IMG/VR virus record: IMGVR_UViG_3300027917_000023
DNA from: a virus
Strand: one strand, 5' to 3'
Length of the DNA: 48,816 bases
This document shows positions 38,440-45,614 of the stretch, one piece after another. The position numbers were made by a program, and so were the translations under genes. The notes beneath the pieces were generated by a model. It saw only the letters and a list, made by a program, of their open reading frames with translations. It searched no databases and was not told the origin of the DNA. Numbering within the stretch: the stretch's first letter is position 1; every line of letters begins with the position of its first letter.

Positions 38440-38545
38440 AAGAATTTCAGACGTTCTCTTTGGGAGGTTGCAGGTTCGAGTCCTGTCCCCCGGATCATCC
38501 GGGGGTAGCTCAATTTGGTAGAGCGCTAGTCATTTTATTCTTGTT
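38440..38545 (+). other. tRNA 3'-half (T arm + acceptor 3' strand) joined through a 3-nt loop to a tRNA 5'-half (acceptor 5' strand + D arm): candidate circularly permuted tRNA or decayed tandem duplicate
   Basis: gcagg-ttcgagt-cctgt then cccccgga (38487-94), tca, tccggggg (38498-505), then ta-gctc-aatttggta-gagc-g-ctagt. The 8-bp acceptor complement forms a hairpin across the junction. Confidence 0.4.
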
Positions 38546-38646
38546 CAATGACCCGCATTTTTAATAATTTTTCATCGGGCTCCGCGCCGGACTTAGTCTC
38601 CATAAGTATTTTAATCATAGAATTACGTTAAGGACAAAAGAGGTGT

Positions 38647-38877
38647 ATGATGGTCAGGATCGGTGCCGTTGCGGGAACCGCTGCAGTAGCAGTAACATAC
38701 CTCATAATCTTCTTCATCATGTCTAACCTAGAGCGAAAGCATGGGCAGACACCTAACTCTGATTACATGGCAGGTGTATTGGGTGTGCTTCTGGCGTGTG
38801 GGGTTCTATTGATAGATCTAATCTTCTTCATCGTATGGATCGTGAGCAATTTTGGGGCGGTAGCTCAGCCTGGTTAG
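38647..38877 (+). CDS. Small two-TM membrane protein (paralog B of 35135..35350)
   Basis: 76-aa ORF MMVRIGAVAGTAAVAVTYLIIFFIM...LIFFIVWIV, with SD aaaagaggtg. Confidence 0.5.
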   Translation: MMVRIGAVAGTAAVAVTYLIIFFIMSNLERKHGQTPNSDYMAGVLGVLLACGVLLIDLIFFIVWIVSNFGAVAQPG

Positions 38878-38884
38878 AGCATAT
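38855..38884 (+). pseudogene. tRNA 5' fragment (acceptor + D arm, ggggcgg-ta-gctc-agcctggtta-gagc) with no downstream anticodon or T arm
   Basis: Canonical 5' third of a tRNA, overlapping the end of ORF 38647 and the RBS of ORF 38907. Confidence 0.35.
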
Positions 38885-38906
38885 GGTAAAACATTGGAGA
38901 TAACAA

Positions 38907-39119
38907 ATGAATATCATCCTACCATTCGAATCATTTCCTTTACTATACGAATCACGAACCAGGACCCTCAAAAATGGTCAGAAATACAGGATCATTATGT
39001 ATCGCAATGGACGCCAGAGAATAATCGGGTTCTACGTAAAAGATTATAATGATGGTTGGTGTGTCTCACATTCAATTGGCGTTACTAAAAACGACCTAAA
39101 ACGAATGTTAGAATGTTAA
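38907..39119 (+). CDS. Hypothetical protein (70 aa)
   Basis: ORF with SD ggagata. Confidence 0.45.
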   Translation: MNIILPFESFPLLYESRTRTLKNGQKYRIIMYRNGRQRIIGFYVKDYNDGWCVSHSIGVTKNDLKRMLEC

Positions 39120-39193
39120 TTGCCCCGTCGTCTAATGGTAGGACGCCAGGTTCTGGCCCTGGCAGTGAGGGTTCGAAACCTTCCGGGGCAACC
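39120..39193 (+). tRNA. tRNA-Gln (anticodon CTG)
   Basis: Acceptor tgccccg/cggggca (U1-A72). Anticodon arm ccagg-ttctggc-cctgg. T arm gaggg-ttcgaaa-ccttc. 3' ACCA. Confidence 0.8.
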
Positions 39194-39265
39194 AAATGGA
39201 TGTTGATTGCTTATAAATATGGCCTTGATTTTTTCCACTTTACTTCATATATCAGAGGGACAATT

Positions 39266-39619
39266 ATGGATAGAGAACCATGCAAACTAGTGGTAGCGTG
39301 GTTGCAAGAAAAAGGAGTACAAGCTTTTTTGTCCCCAAGTGGCTTGGCAATTCATAAAAACGGCAAACCAGTAGTGATGTTCATTATTGACTTAGATCTG
39401 AATTTAATCGTCGTATCGTCGCATAAAAAATTTATCAATCTATCAAGAAACTACGACTTAAATAATCCAGATAGTTTGCCAAATTTATACGACAGATTGG
39501 TAAGCCTGGGCTATCACAATTACAAGCCAACAGAACGCGACTATCACTATTGCTATGATAAAAACTTTGAAATTAGGTTAAACGGCAACGCAGAGCAAGA
39601 CGAATGTGGATACAAATAG
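39266..39619 (+). CDS. Small paralog-family protein (117 aa; C-terminal ...LNNPDSLPNLYDRLVSLGY...)
   Basis: ATG with SD agaggg. The ORF-track start 39113 overlaps tRNA-Gln and is rejected. Family motifs present. Confidence 0.55.
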   Translation: MDREPCKLVVAWLQEKGVQAFLSPSGLAIHKNGKPVVMFIIDLDLNLIVVSSHKKFINLSRNYDLNNPDSLPNLYDRLVSLGYHNYKPTERDYHYCYDKNFEIRLNGNAEQDECGYK

Positions 39620-39621
39620 GA

Positions 39622-39638
39622 GCGGTGGCGTAACGAGA
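39622..39638 (+). pseudogene. Truncated copy of the tRNA-Phe 5' end (gagcggtggcgtaacg), identical to 40047-40062
   Basis: A 17-nt exact match follows a TAG stop, exactly as at the intact tRNA-Phe. The downstream sequence does not fold. Confidence 0.4.
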
Positions 39639-39719
39639 TGGACGGGGCTTCCGGCAAGAACCTGCATGATCAGGATAGTTTCCAAAAATACTCAATTTTA
39701 TTGAAGAAGAACTGAATCC

Positions 39720-40046
39720 ATGGTAGAAATCGAAAGGTTGGTGATGGAGTTCCTTCGCGAGAAAGGATATTGGGTTATCCACGAACCCCGGTACAATAGG
39801 TTTCGGGTTATTAAAGTAACAAGAGGCGAGCATTTTGAAACACAAATATTATTGGCAATTTACACAATTGTTGGTGATAAAATATGTATAATGTACGCAA
39901 AATTTCACCCAAAGCCGTTTAGCATTTACAGCAAAGAAGATTTCGCTAAAATGCTCAAGTTTTTGAAACAAAGGGAACGCGATAGCGCAGATGTCATGCA
40001 TTCAACATCGACTGGCTGGGATACACAACACTACACAGCGGTATAG
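39720..40046 (+). CDS. Small paralog-family protein (108 aa; N-terminal MVEIERLVMEFLREKGYWV...)
   Basis: ORF. Its stop codon overlaps the first base of tRNA-Phe. Confidence 0.55.
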   Translation: MVEIERLVMEFLREKGYWVIHEPRYNRFRVIKVTRGEHFETQILLAIYTIVGDKICIMYAKFHPKPFSIYSKEDFAKMLKFLKQRERDSADVMHSTSTGWDTQHYTAV

Positions 40047-40121
40047 GAGCGGTGGCGTAACGGAAGCGCAGCGCACTGAAAATGCGCAGGTGATCGGGTT
40101 CGACTCCCTCCCGCTCCACCA
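40046..40121 (+). tRNA. tRNA-Phe (anticodon GAA)
   Basis: Acceptor ggagcgg/ccgctcc. Anticodon arm gcgca-ctgaaaa-tgcgc. T arm imperfect (tcggg-ttcgact-ccctc, 3 bp plus mismatches). 3' ACCA. Confidence 0.65.
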
Positions 40122-40216
40122 GATCCACCTGCTAAAAGTCTAACAGAAATAAAAAATGCTCAGTAAGATGCGCTCATAGATTCACAATGGAAGAAATTGA
40201 TTGCACAACACTTCGA

Positions 40217-40292
40217 GGGCGGGTAGCTCAGTTGGGAGAGCGTCTGGTTTGCAACCAGAAGGTCGTCGGTTCGATTCCGATCCTGTCCACCA
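40217..40292 (+). tRNA. tRNA-Ala (anticodon TGC), with G3:U70
   Basis: Acceptor gggcggg/cctgtcc gives G3:U70. D arm gctc-agttggga-gagc. Anticodon arm tctgg-tttgcaa-ccaga. T arm gtcgg-ttcgatt-ccgat. 3' ACCA. Confidence 0.85.
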
Positions 40293-40358
40293 GAGATGAG
40301 GTCTTCACACTTACAATCCTTCTACGTGACCTACATGGATATTATAGAATACATTTAT

Positions 40359-40445
40359 GCGTCGGCTGAGCATTGGCGAGCTCAAGTGGCTGTAACCCAC
40401 CCGCCCTTTGCGGCTTTGGGGGTTCGACTCCCTCCCGGCGCACCA
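40359..40445 (+). tRNA. tRNA-Tyr (anticodon GTA), class II with long variable arm
   Basis: Acceptor gcgtcgg/ccggcgc. Anticodon loop ctgtaac. Variable arm ~13 nt (cgccctttgcggc). T arm ggggg-ttcgact-ccctc. 3' ACCA. Confidence 0.7.
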
Positions 40446-40473
40446 GAATTGGCCCCCAGGCTCCATTATCTAC

Positions 40474-40618
40474 GGCTGGGGTTGAGTCGAGATGCTCGTA
40501 GCAGCTCGGCAGCGCATAAACTAGTGGGAGACACCGTTGAGACTCTGTTGAAACTCGACAGGTCGCTAAACCGGCCCCCTCAATGTTGTGACGCTTGCAC
40601 AAGCTATCGACCCCAGCC
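40474..40618 (+). ncRNA. Structured non-coding element (~145 nt) closed by an 8-bp helix
   Basis: ggctgggg (40474-81) pairs with ccccagcc (40611-18). Nested helices gtcgag/ctcgac and cgag-atg-ctcg. No plausible ORF. Sits between tRNA-Tyr and a tiny ORF. Confidence 0.3.
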
Positions 40619-40654
40619 AACCAGCGAAGACCTATTAGCGAAAGGAGGTGTCGA

Positions 40655-40726
40655 TTGAAGTGTACTTGCTACGACAGAGAACAAACTGCTGTTCCTTTGT
40701 GTCCAATACACGGTTCACCAATGTAA
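40655..40726 (+). CDS. Tiny Cys/His-containing peptide (23 aa, (M)KCTCYDREQTAVPLCPIHGSPM), TTG start
   Basis: Strong SD aaaggaggtg 6 nt upstream of TTG. Too short for any assignment. Confidence 0.2.
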   Translation: MKCTCYDREQTAVPLCPIHGSPM

Positions 40727-40802
40727 TCTTGGGGGTTGCGCATCCATAACACGCAAATGGGAGTTGTTCCACGACCAGCCACCCATTTATCATTAAAGGC
40801 CA

Positions 40803-40848
40803 CGAGTTTTGCAGACTCGCGTGGAAAGTTCGATTCCTTCAACTCTCA
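40803..40848 (+). pseudogene. tRNA 3'-part-like fragment (Ala-type anticodon arm cgagt-tttgcag-actcg + T arm) lacking a 5' acceptor
   Basis: Anticodon-arm and ttcgatt T-loop features are present, but there is no pairing 5' strand. Confidence 0.3.
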
Positions 40849-40852
40849 TAAA

Positions 40853-40926
40853 TGCCCCGTAGTGTAATGGAAGCACGAGCGGCTTTGACCCGCTTAGCGA
40901 AAGTTCGAACCTTTCCGGGGCAACCA
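40853..40926 (+). tRNA. tRNA-Gln (anticodon TTG)
   Basis: Acceptor tgccccg/cggggca. Anticodon arm agcgg-ctttgac-ccgct. T arm gaaag-ttcgaac-ctttc. 3' ACCA. Confidence 0.8.
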
Positions 40927-41115
40927 GATCACCCGAGCCACCGCTGGAAACAGAGGAAGGTCAGGACACCACTGCTTAAGGTGGGAGGGAATTTTCCCGC
41001 TTACCACCAAGGGTGCAATCTCAAGCAGGCTGAGAGTGTGAGCAGCTCTACGAAAGCCGGGTAGAGAGCAAAGATTAATGGTGGCATAGAACAGAATCCT
41101 GCCTACTGGGTGATC
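40927..41115 (+). ncRNA. Structured non-coding element (~190 nt) closed by an 8-bp helix
   Basis: gatcaccc (40927-34) pairs with gggtgatc (41108-15). Internal helices ggtgg/ccacc and gctctac/gtagagc. Contains ggaaggtcagg. Starts at the base after tRNA-Gln. Confidence 0.3.
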
Positions 41116-41175
41116 TTTGATATTAAAGTATTTTATTACTCGTTTATATGATTCACATCAAAACCTGATAACTAT

Positions 41176-41326
41176 GGGGAAGTAGCTCAACAGGATAGAG
41201 TTAGTATGGCGGACCTACATCTTGTAGTCCTATCTATCGGCTAGTGCAGATAGGCAACGCCAGATGGACGGACCGTCAGAATACCCCGTATGGGTGACGT
41301 GGGTTCGAGTCCCACCTTCTCCACCA
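41176..41326 (+). tRNA. tRNA-like element (151 nt) with canonical acceptor stem (G3:U70), D arm, T arm and ACCA end, plus a ~75-nt internal insertion in place of or within the anticodon region
   Basis: 5' ggggaag-ta-gctc-aacaggata-gagt. 3' gtggg-ttcgagt-cccac-cttctcc-a-cca. The 7-bp acceptor includes G3:U70. The insertion forms hairpins ggacctac/gtagtcc and cctatct/agatagg. A possible class-II-like variable hairpin ccc-gtat-ggg is present. Confidence 0.35.
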
Positions 41327-41623
41327 ATGGAAACAACAGAAATATTGAAAGAATTAATCGATGAGCTTGGATATCAAGCCATAATTTATGATCTCATACC
41401 GCATTGGATCGGCGAATGTTACCGAACTATTGATGTAATCAGCCCCAGTACGTGGCCACGCAATAACGTAATCGCTACTATCAAGGTTGACGGCGTCTTC
41501 ATACATATCTTTAAGCGTGTTCTCGGAGGCCGGGGGCGTATAGAATCTAGCCATCAGCTAAGTTTATACGAACCGGATTCATTCTGTAGAATAAAAGAAA
41601 TATTAGCTGAATTAAATGACTAA
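41327..41623 (+). CDS. Small paralog-family protein (98 aa; METTEILKELIDELGYQAI... / ...LSLYEPDSFCRIKEILAELND)
   Basis: ATG immediately follows the CCA of the upstream tRNA-like element (0-nt spacer, no SD). The ORF-track start 41264 lies inside the tRNA-like element and is rejected. Confidence 0.55.
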   Translation: METTEILKELIDELGYQAIIYDLIPHWIGECYRTIDVISPSTWPRNNVIATIKVDGVFIHIFKRVLGGRGRIESSHQLSLYEPDSFCRIKEILAELND

Positions 41624-43067
41624 AAAGAAACAAAAAGAACTTGATTTCATGAACGATCCACGGTACCATTACCAAAGGTCGCATGTGTCTGATGTCGTTG
41701 GAACGATCGATATTGATCGTTATCTCAAATGGTGTAAAGACAATGGATTCAAGGCTACCATATACAAAAGTTGGTTTGACATGAAGAAGGAAAAGTTGTA
41801 CATCGCCAGAAAGAAATGCGACGAAAAACTGTTGGCCAGAAGGAAATTCAAGAATCCAAGGAAAGCACTGGATCTCGTGTTCGACTCAGACATCGTCGGC
41901 GCTGACGCGGCGTACAAAAATTTATACTCTAGAATAAAAACACTCAACAAGAAAGACAAAACCAAGTTCAAAAAGCTTATTACACATATCTACAAACATT
42001 CTGATATCCTCAAAGACCCGCCGTTGATAACGGGACTCCTGAACATCATGAAGTGGGAGCCTTATTACATAAATCGCCCAACGGAGTGGATGCCTAAGAC
42101 ACATAACACAAGAAGACAATTTTCTGATTTGCTTAGGCATTCTTTCTGCAAATACGATGTGCCAAAATTCATGGACGAGGTGTGGTTCTCCGAATATGAC
42201 GGAGCAATAGCCGGAGCAATAGCTGCTGAACTCAAGAGGGAATGGTTCATTTTCATTGGCCAGGGAGGAAATCTTAGGAAGGCTAGGAAACTACCATTCG
42301 AGGTGACGAAGAAGATCGCGCATTATTTTATGCAGGCTCCTGGCAATTTTTCAGTTGAAAACGCACTAATATGGGGAGTCGTGCACAGCATGGGCGGCGA
42401 CAAACGAACCGTCGAGGGCATCCTCAGCACCAAAAGAAACGGACAGCTTAATCGACACAATTTCTGGGTAACGGTCTATAGATTCTTCGTCAACAACCCG
42501 ATGCTAGACACAGCCCAATACAACCCAATCGTCGACTATATCGATGCCATGAAATATCAACCGCAATATGAATGGACGGAACCAGGCATCAGAGTGGAGC
42601 GCCCGCCGATTCAGCCGAATTTTATGATGCGTGGAAGAACCGCTTTCTCGCTGTTAAGGCAAGTGGAAGCCTGGCATAAGAAACTCGGCAAAGAGAAGAA
42701 AGGTGGGAAACTACAATGGGAGAAGAGTAAGTATAATGGATTTGAGTGCCAGACCGGTGAAAGAAGGAACGTCAAAATTTGGACTATCAACGAATTGTTG
42801 TCAAGCGATGAGCTAATACAAGAAGGGAAAACAATGCGGCATTGCGTGGCGTCTTACGCTCGTTCCTGCCAGAGCCAAAGGGTCAGCATTTGGTCGATGA
42901 AGGTAGATACATGGGAAGGCAAGAAGAACGTACTGACCATCGAAGTCAGAGATGGAACAATCATGCAGGCCCGTGGCAAGAGAAACGAAAGACCCACAGA
43001 GGAAGCCAAGAACATCATAAAAAAGTGGAAGAAAACCCAAGGTCTCGGAATCAGTTCTTATATTTAA
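41616..43067 (+). CDS. PcfJ-like domain protein (483 aa)
   Basis: C-terminal region 'ELIQEGKTMRHCVASYARSCQSQRVSIWSM' resembles the conserved core of PcfJ-like proteins. This is an inferred family resemblance, not a search result. Confidence 0.45.
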   Translation: MTKKKQKELDFMNDPRYHYQRSHVSDVVGTIDIDRYLKWCKDNGFKATIYKSWFDMKKEKLYIARKKCDEKLLARRKFKNPRKALDLVFDSDIVGADAAYKNLYSRIKTLNKKDKTKFKKLITHIYKHSDILKDPPLITGLLNIMKWEPYYINRPTEWMPKTHNTRRQFSDLLRHSFCKYDVPKFMDEVWFSEYDGAIAGAIAAELKREWFIFIGQGGNLRKARKLPFEVTKKIAHYFMQAPGNFSVENALIWGVVHSMGGDKRTVEGILSTKRNGQLNRHNFWVTVYRFFVNNPMLDTAQYNPIVDYIDAMKYQPQYEWTEPGIRVERPPIQPNFMMRGRTAFSLLRQVEAWHKKLGKEKKGGKLQWEKSKYNGFECQTGERRNVKIWTINELLSSDELIQEGKTMRHCVASYARSCQSQRVSIWSMKVDTWEGKKNVLTIEVRDGTIMQARGKRNERPTEEAKNIIKKWKKTQGLGISSYI

Positions 43068-44707
43068 AACATATTCACAAGTACAGACGTTGTGAAAACC
43101 GAATCGTCATAATCAACTACTTCGCCATCTTTCACGATGACATAATATAGAGTATTGTCTGGCGGCACACCAAGCTTTGGGTAAAAATGCTCACCACCGA
43201 ATGCTGCGTCTTCATCGTGCGCAATAGGGGTGAAGTAAAATAATGCCTTAAAATTATTTGGGAAGTCGTAATTATGCCTAATGGTATTCAAAAAATCGGT
43301 TAACCCAGATGGTGGCTCACCGTCTCTGGTGCGCTCAAATGCCGAAGCAAACTCTTCTCTATATAATTTGTTGAGATCAGCTGTAGCATAGTCTAAACTA
43401 GTGAGCACACTAGTTAGCTTTGTCACCAACCCAGACTGCCCTTGGGCATGCAGAAACTCACGAGGTGTAAATGACGTACCCTTTGGTGCGTCAAGCACAT
43501 CTTCCATTTCTCTTTGTCTATATTCTCTGTATCTATACGTCTTTTGAGCTATATCCTTGGCTTCGTCCTCTCTGTCCTTGTAATTATCGTACGTAAATCT
43601 GATATCAAAATGCTTGACTTCTTCTTTTTCACCAGTAACTATCGTCATAAGTATCGTAAATACCGATGGATCCTTGAAAACAAGAGGAAAGTGAATATAC
43701 CACGGTTCATTACTATTTGGTGGTTCCGGATATGGTGCTACTTTAACAACCGTGGCATCCCCTTCTTCGTCATCGCCGTATGCGTCAGAGTATGCCATAC
43801 CATACATCTTGTCCCTGATGCCCGTCTCAAATCCTAGTTGCCCTTTGCTCTTAATCCAATCTCTAGCTATGCCTTCTAAGTTGTTTGTAGTATCTTCACC
43901 ATATGCTTCGTCTTCTGGCATTGCTTTGAATCTAACATCACCAGTTGCCGGATTTATAAACATAAATTTTCTTATCATTATCCTGGCGGTTGGATCTTGG
44001 ATACCTTGCTCCGGATGGATTCCATTTTTCCTAAGAACATCTTTCTTAACAAGATACATTATGAAACCACCACACATTATTTCATACCATGCCTTGGTTG
44101 CTTCTCTTATATTAGTACATGATGTCCACCCTCGGTCTTCGCTCATCCTTAGAATATCAACTGGGCTTTTGGAGACTATAACCCAATAATCATTTGGGTT
44201 GACAATTTCTCTGTGCTCAAAATCATCTGCCATCCGTTGTAGGTGCTCTTGATAATTTTCGTAGTTTATACCTTCCATTTCACCATCAACAAATTTTCCG
44301 CCATATTTGTCTACATACCCATATGTGAATAAATTCTTTTCATGTGGCTTCTTAGCTTTTCTCAGTATTTTACCGATTCTTAGCAGATTGCCTCTATAGT
44401 TAACATAACCCTTAATAAGATCAACACCACCAAGCCCAACAGCATATTCAAGTGTGTCTTCCAGCCTCTCCAACCAAATAGTTCTTTCGACAGCTGGTTC
44501 GGCATCAAACTCCTTTATTAAAACCCTATCTTCATCAATCTTATTTGGATCATTCTCAAACCATTCATCAAAGACAGACTGATCGCGTGCTAGCCTATAG
44601 AGGGTGTGAAGCTCTTCCTTGCTGAGATCCTCAAGGATAGGGTCAACAAGAAAGCTGACGTATTCTGGGTCAACCATCTCCCTTATATTTTCCAGAAAGT
44701 ATTTCAA
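43064..44707 (-). CDS. Large hypothetical protein (547 aa), encoded opposite to the surrounding island
   Basis: Long ORF. 'KYGGKFVDGEMEG' weakly resembles a ligase/nucleotidyltransferase KxDG motif, but this is unproven. Confidence 0.55.
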   Translation of the reverse strand: MKYFLENIREMVDPEYVSFLVDPILEDLSKEELHTLYRLARDQSVFDEWFENDPNKIDEDRVLIKEFDAEPAVERTIWLERLEDTLEYAVGLGGVDLIKGYVNYRGNLLRIGKILRKAKKPHEKNLFTYGYVDKYGGKFVDGEMEGINYENYQEHLQRMADDFEHREIVNPNDYWVIVSKSPVDILRMSEDRGWTSCTNIREATKAWYEIMCGGFIMYLVKKDVLRKNGIHPEQGIQDPTARIMIRKFMFINPATGDVRFKAMPEDEAYGEDTTNNLEGIARDWIKSKGQLGFETGIRDKMYGMAYSDAYGDDEEGDATVVKVAPYPEPPNSNEPWYIHFPLVFKDPSVFTILMTIVTGEKEEVKHFDIRFTYDNYKDREDEAKDIAQKTYRYREYRQREMEDVLDAPKGTSFTPREFLHAQGQSGLVTKLTSVLTSLDYATADLNKLYREEFASAFERTRDGEPPSGLTDFLNTIRHNYDFPNNFKALFYFTPIAHDEDAAFGGEHFYPKLGVPPDNTLYYVIVKDGEVVDYDDSVFTTSVLVNMF

Positions 44708-44712
44708 TAAAT

Positions 44713-45072
44713 ATGGAGATACATGACTTAATTGCTGAAGCGTTAAAGGATTTAGGCCACACAGAGATTCTAAAGAGTGGAAAGATTAGAGTCACTACTG
44801 GTATAGGATCTGCCAGATTCAAAATAACCGATATGAAATTCACGTGCTGTTCAGCAACTACTGACGCTGGCAATACACTTGAAATAGATCTGCATGAACC
44901 AGACAGCATAAGAAAAGTCGCAATAATGGTACTAAAATGTTTACATCGTCGTCATGCTTGGGATATCTATTACTTGCCATGCTCATCATGCCCATTTAAT
45001 CTAGAATCTAAAAATGGGCCAGTGATCGCATCACCAGAAAGACACCTTAGAAATAATCCAAATAAATTATGA
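44713..45072 (+). CDS. Small paralog-family protein (119 aa; MEIHDLIAEALKDLGH... / ...IDLHEPDSIRKVAIMVLKCL)
   Basis: ORF with family N- and C-terminal motifs. Confidence 0.55.
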   Translation: MEIHDLIAEALKDLGHTEILKSGKIRVTTGIGSARFKITDMKFTCCSATTDAGNTLEIDLHEPDSIRKVAIMVLKCLHRRHAWDIYYLPCSSCPFNLESKNGPVIASPERHLRNNPNKL

Positions 45073-45389
45073 AAGACATAGAAATAATTGTGCTGGCCAT
45101 AAACAAAATGGGTTACAGAATACGCAGTACAACCCGAAACAGTAGCAACGACGACATTGTAGTGTCGCTCGAAGGCTTCAATGACGAAACTGAATATAGG
45201 TTTGTTTCAATCACAGTTAGAGGTTCAAGACTCAGGCTATCTAACTGCCAATACGAAATAGACCTGTGTGACCCTGATAGCCTTAGGCTCCTAAACAAAG
45301 CAATCGACTATCATGGAACATTGCCTAAAAATTATTCGTGCAGCAAATGCCCGTTAAATATTTATTTGATTGGCACTACGTTCATGTAA
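45069..45389 (+). CDS. Small paralog-family protein (106 aa; MKDIEIIVLAINKMGY... / ...IDLCDPDSLRLLNKAIDYHG)
   Basis: ORF overlapping the previous gene by 4 nt. Family motifs present. Confidence 0.55.
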   Translation: MKDIEIIVLAINKMGYRIRSTTRNSSNDDIVVSLEGFNDETEYRFVSITVRGSRLRLSNCQYEIDLCDPDSLRLLNKAIDYHGTLPKNYSCSKCPLNIYLIGTTFM

Positions 45390-45391
45390 AT

Positions 45392-45463
45392 GCGGCTATG
45401 GTGTAATGGTAACACGTCGGTCTGCCAGTCCGGAGATGCTGAGTTCGATTCTCGCTAGCCGCT
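45392..45463 (+). tRNA. tRNA-Gly (anticodon GCC)
   Basis: Acceptor gcggcta/tagccgc. D arm gtgt-aatggta-acac. Anticodon arm tcggt-ctgccag-tccgg (4 bp plus a 31:39 mismatch). T arm 4 bp (tgag-ttcgatt-ctcg). No encoded CCA. Confidence 0.6.
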
Positions 45464-45465
45464 TA

Positions 45466-45538
45466 AGGTCAGAGATCCGGGTTCAAATCCCGGCGGTACC
45501 GGCCATACTGTAGCTTAACTTGGTAGAGCGCTGGCCAC
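45466..45538 (+). pseudogene. tRNA fragments: 3'-half-like (gtcagagat-ccggg-ttcaaat-cccgg-cggtacc) followed by a 5'-fragment gtagcttaacttggtagagcgctggcc
   Basis: The 5' fragment is near-identical to 38506-38532. The 3'-half resembles the fragment following tRNA-Asp at 37894-37930. Confidence 0.3.
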
Positions 45539-45540
45539 GA

Positions 45541-45614
45541 GTCCCTGTGGTGTAACGGTAGCACGGCACTCTGATAAGGTGTAGGCGAAGGTTCAACTCC
45601 TTCCAGGGGCACCA
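45541..45614 (+). tRNA. tRNA-Ile (anticodon GAT)
   Basis: Acceptor gtccctg/caggggc. D arm gtgt-aacggta-gcac. Anticodon arm gcact-ctgataa-ggtgt. T arm gaagg-ttcaact-ccttc. 3' ACCA. Confidence 0.8.

Noticed and set aside
40927-41000. Similarity of GGAAGGUCAGG to the SRP (4.5S) RNA conserved domain
   Set aside because: Only a short motif matches, and the rest of the 4.5S domain IV is absent.
41176-41326. tmRNA interpretation of the G3:U70 tRNA-like element
   Set aside because: At 151 nt it is far too short for pseudoknots plus a tag ORF. No resume codon or tag-like frame ending in hydrophobic residues plus a stop is present.
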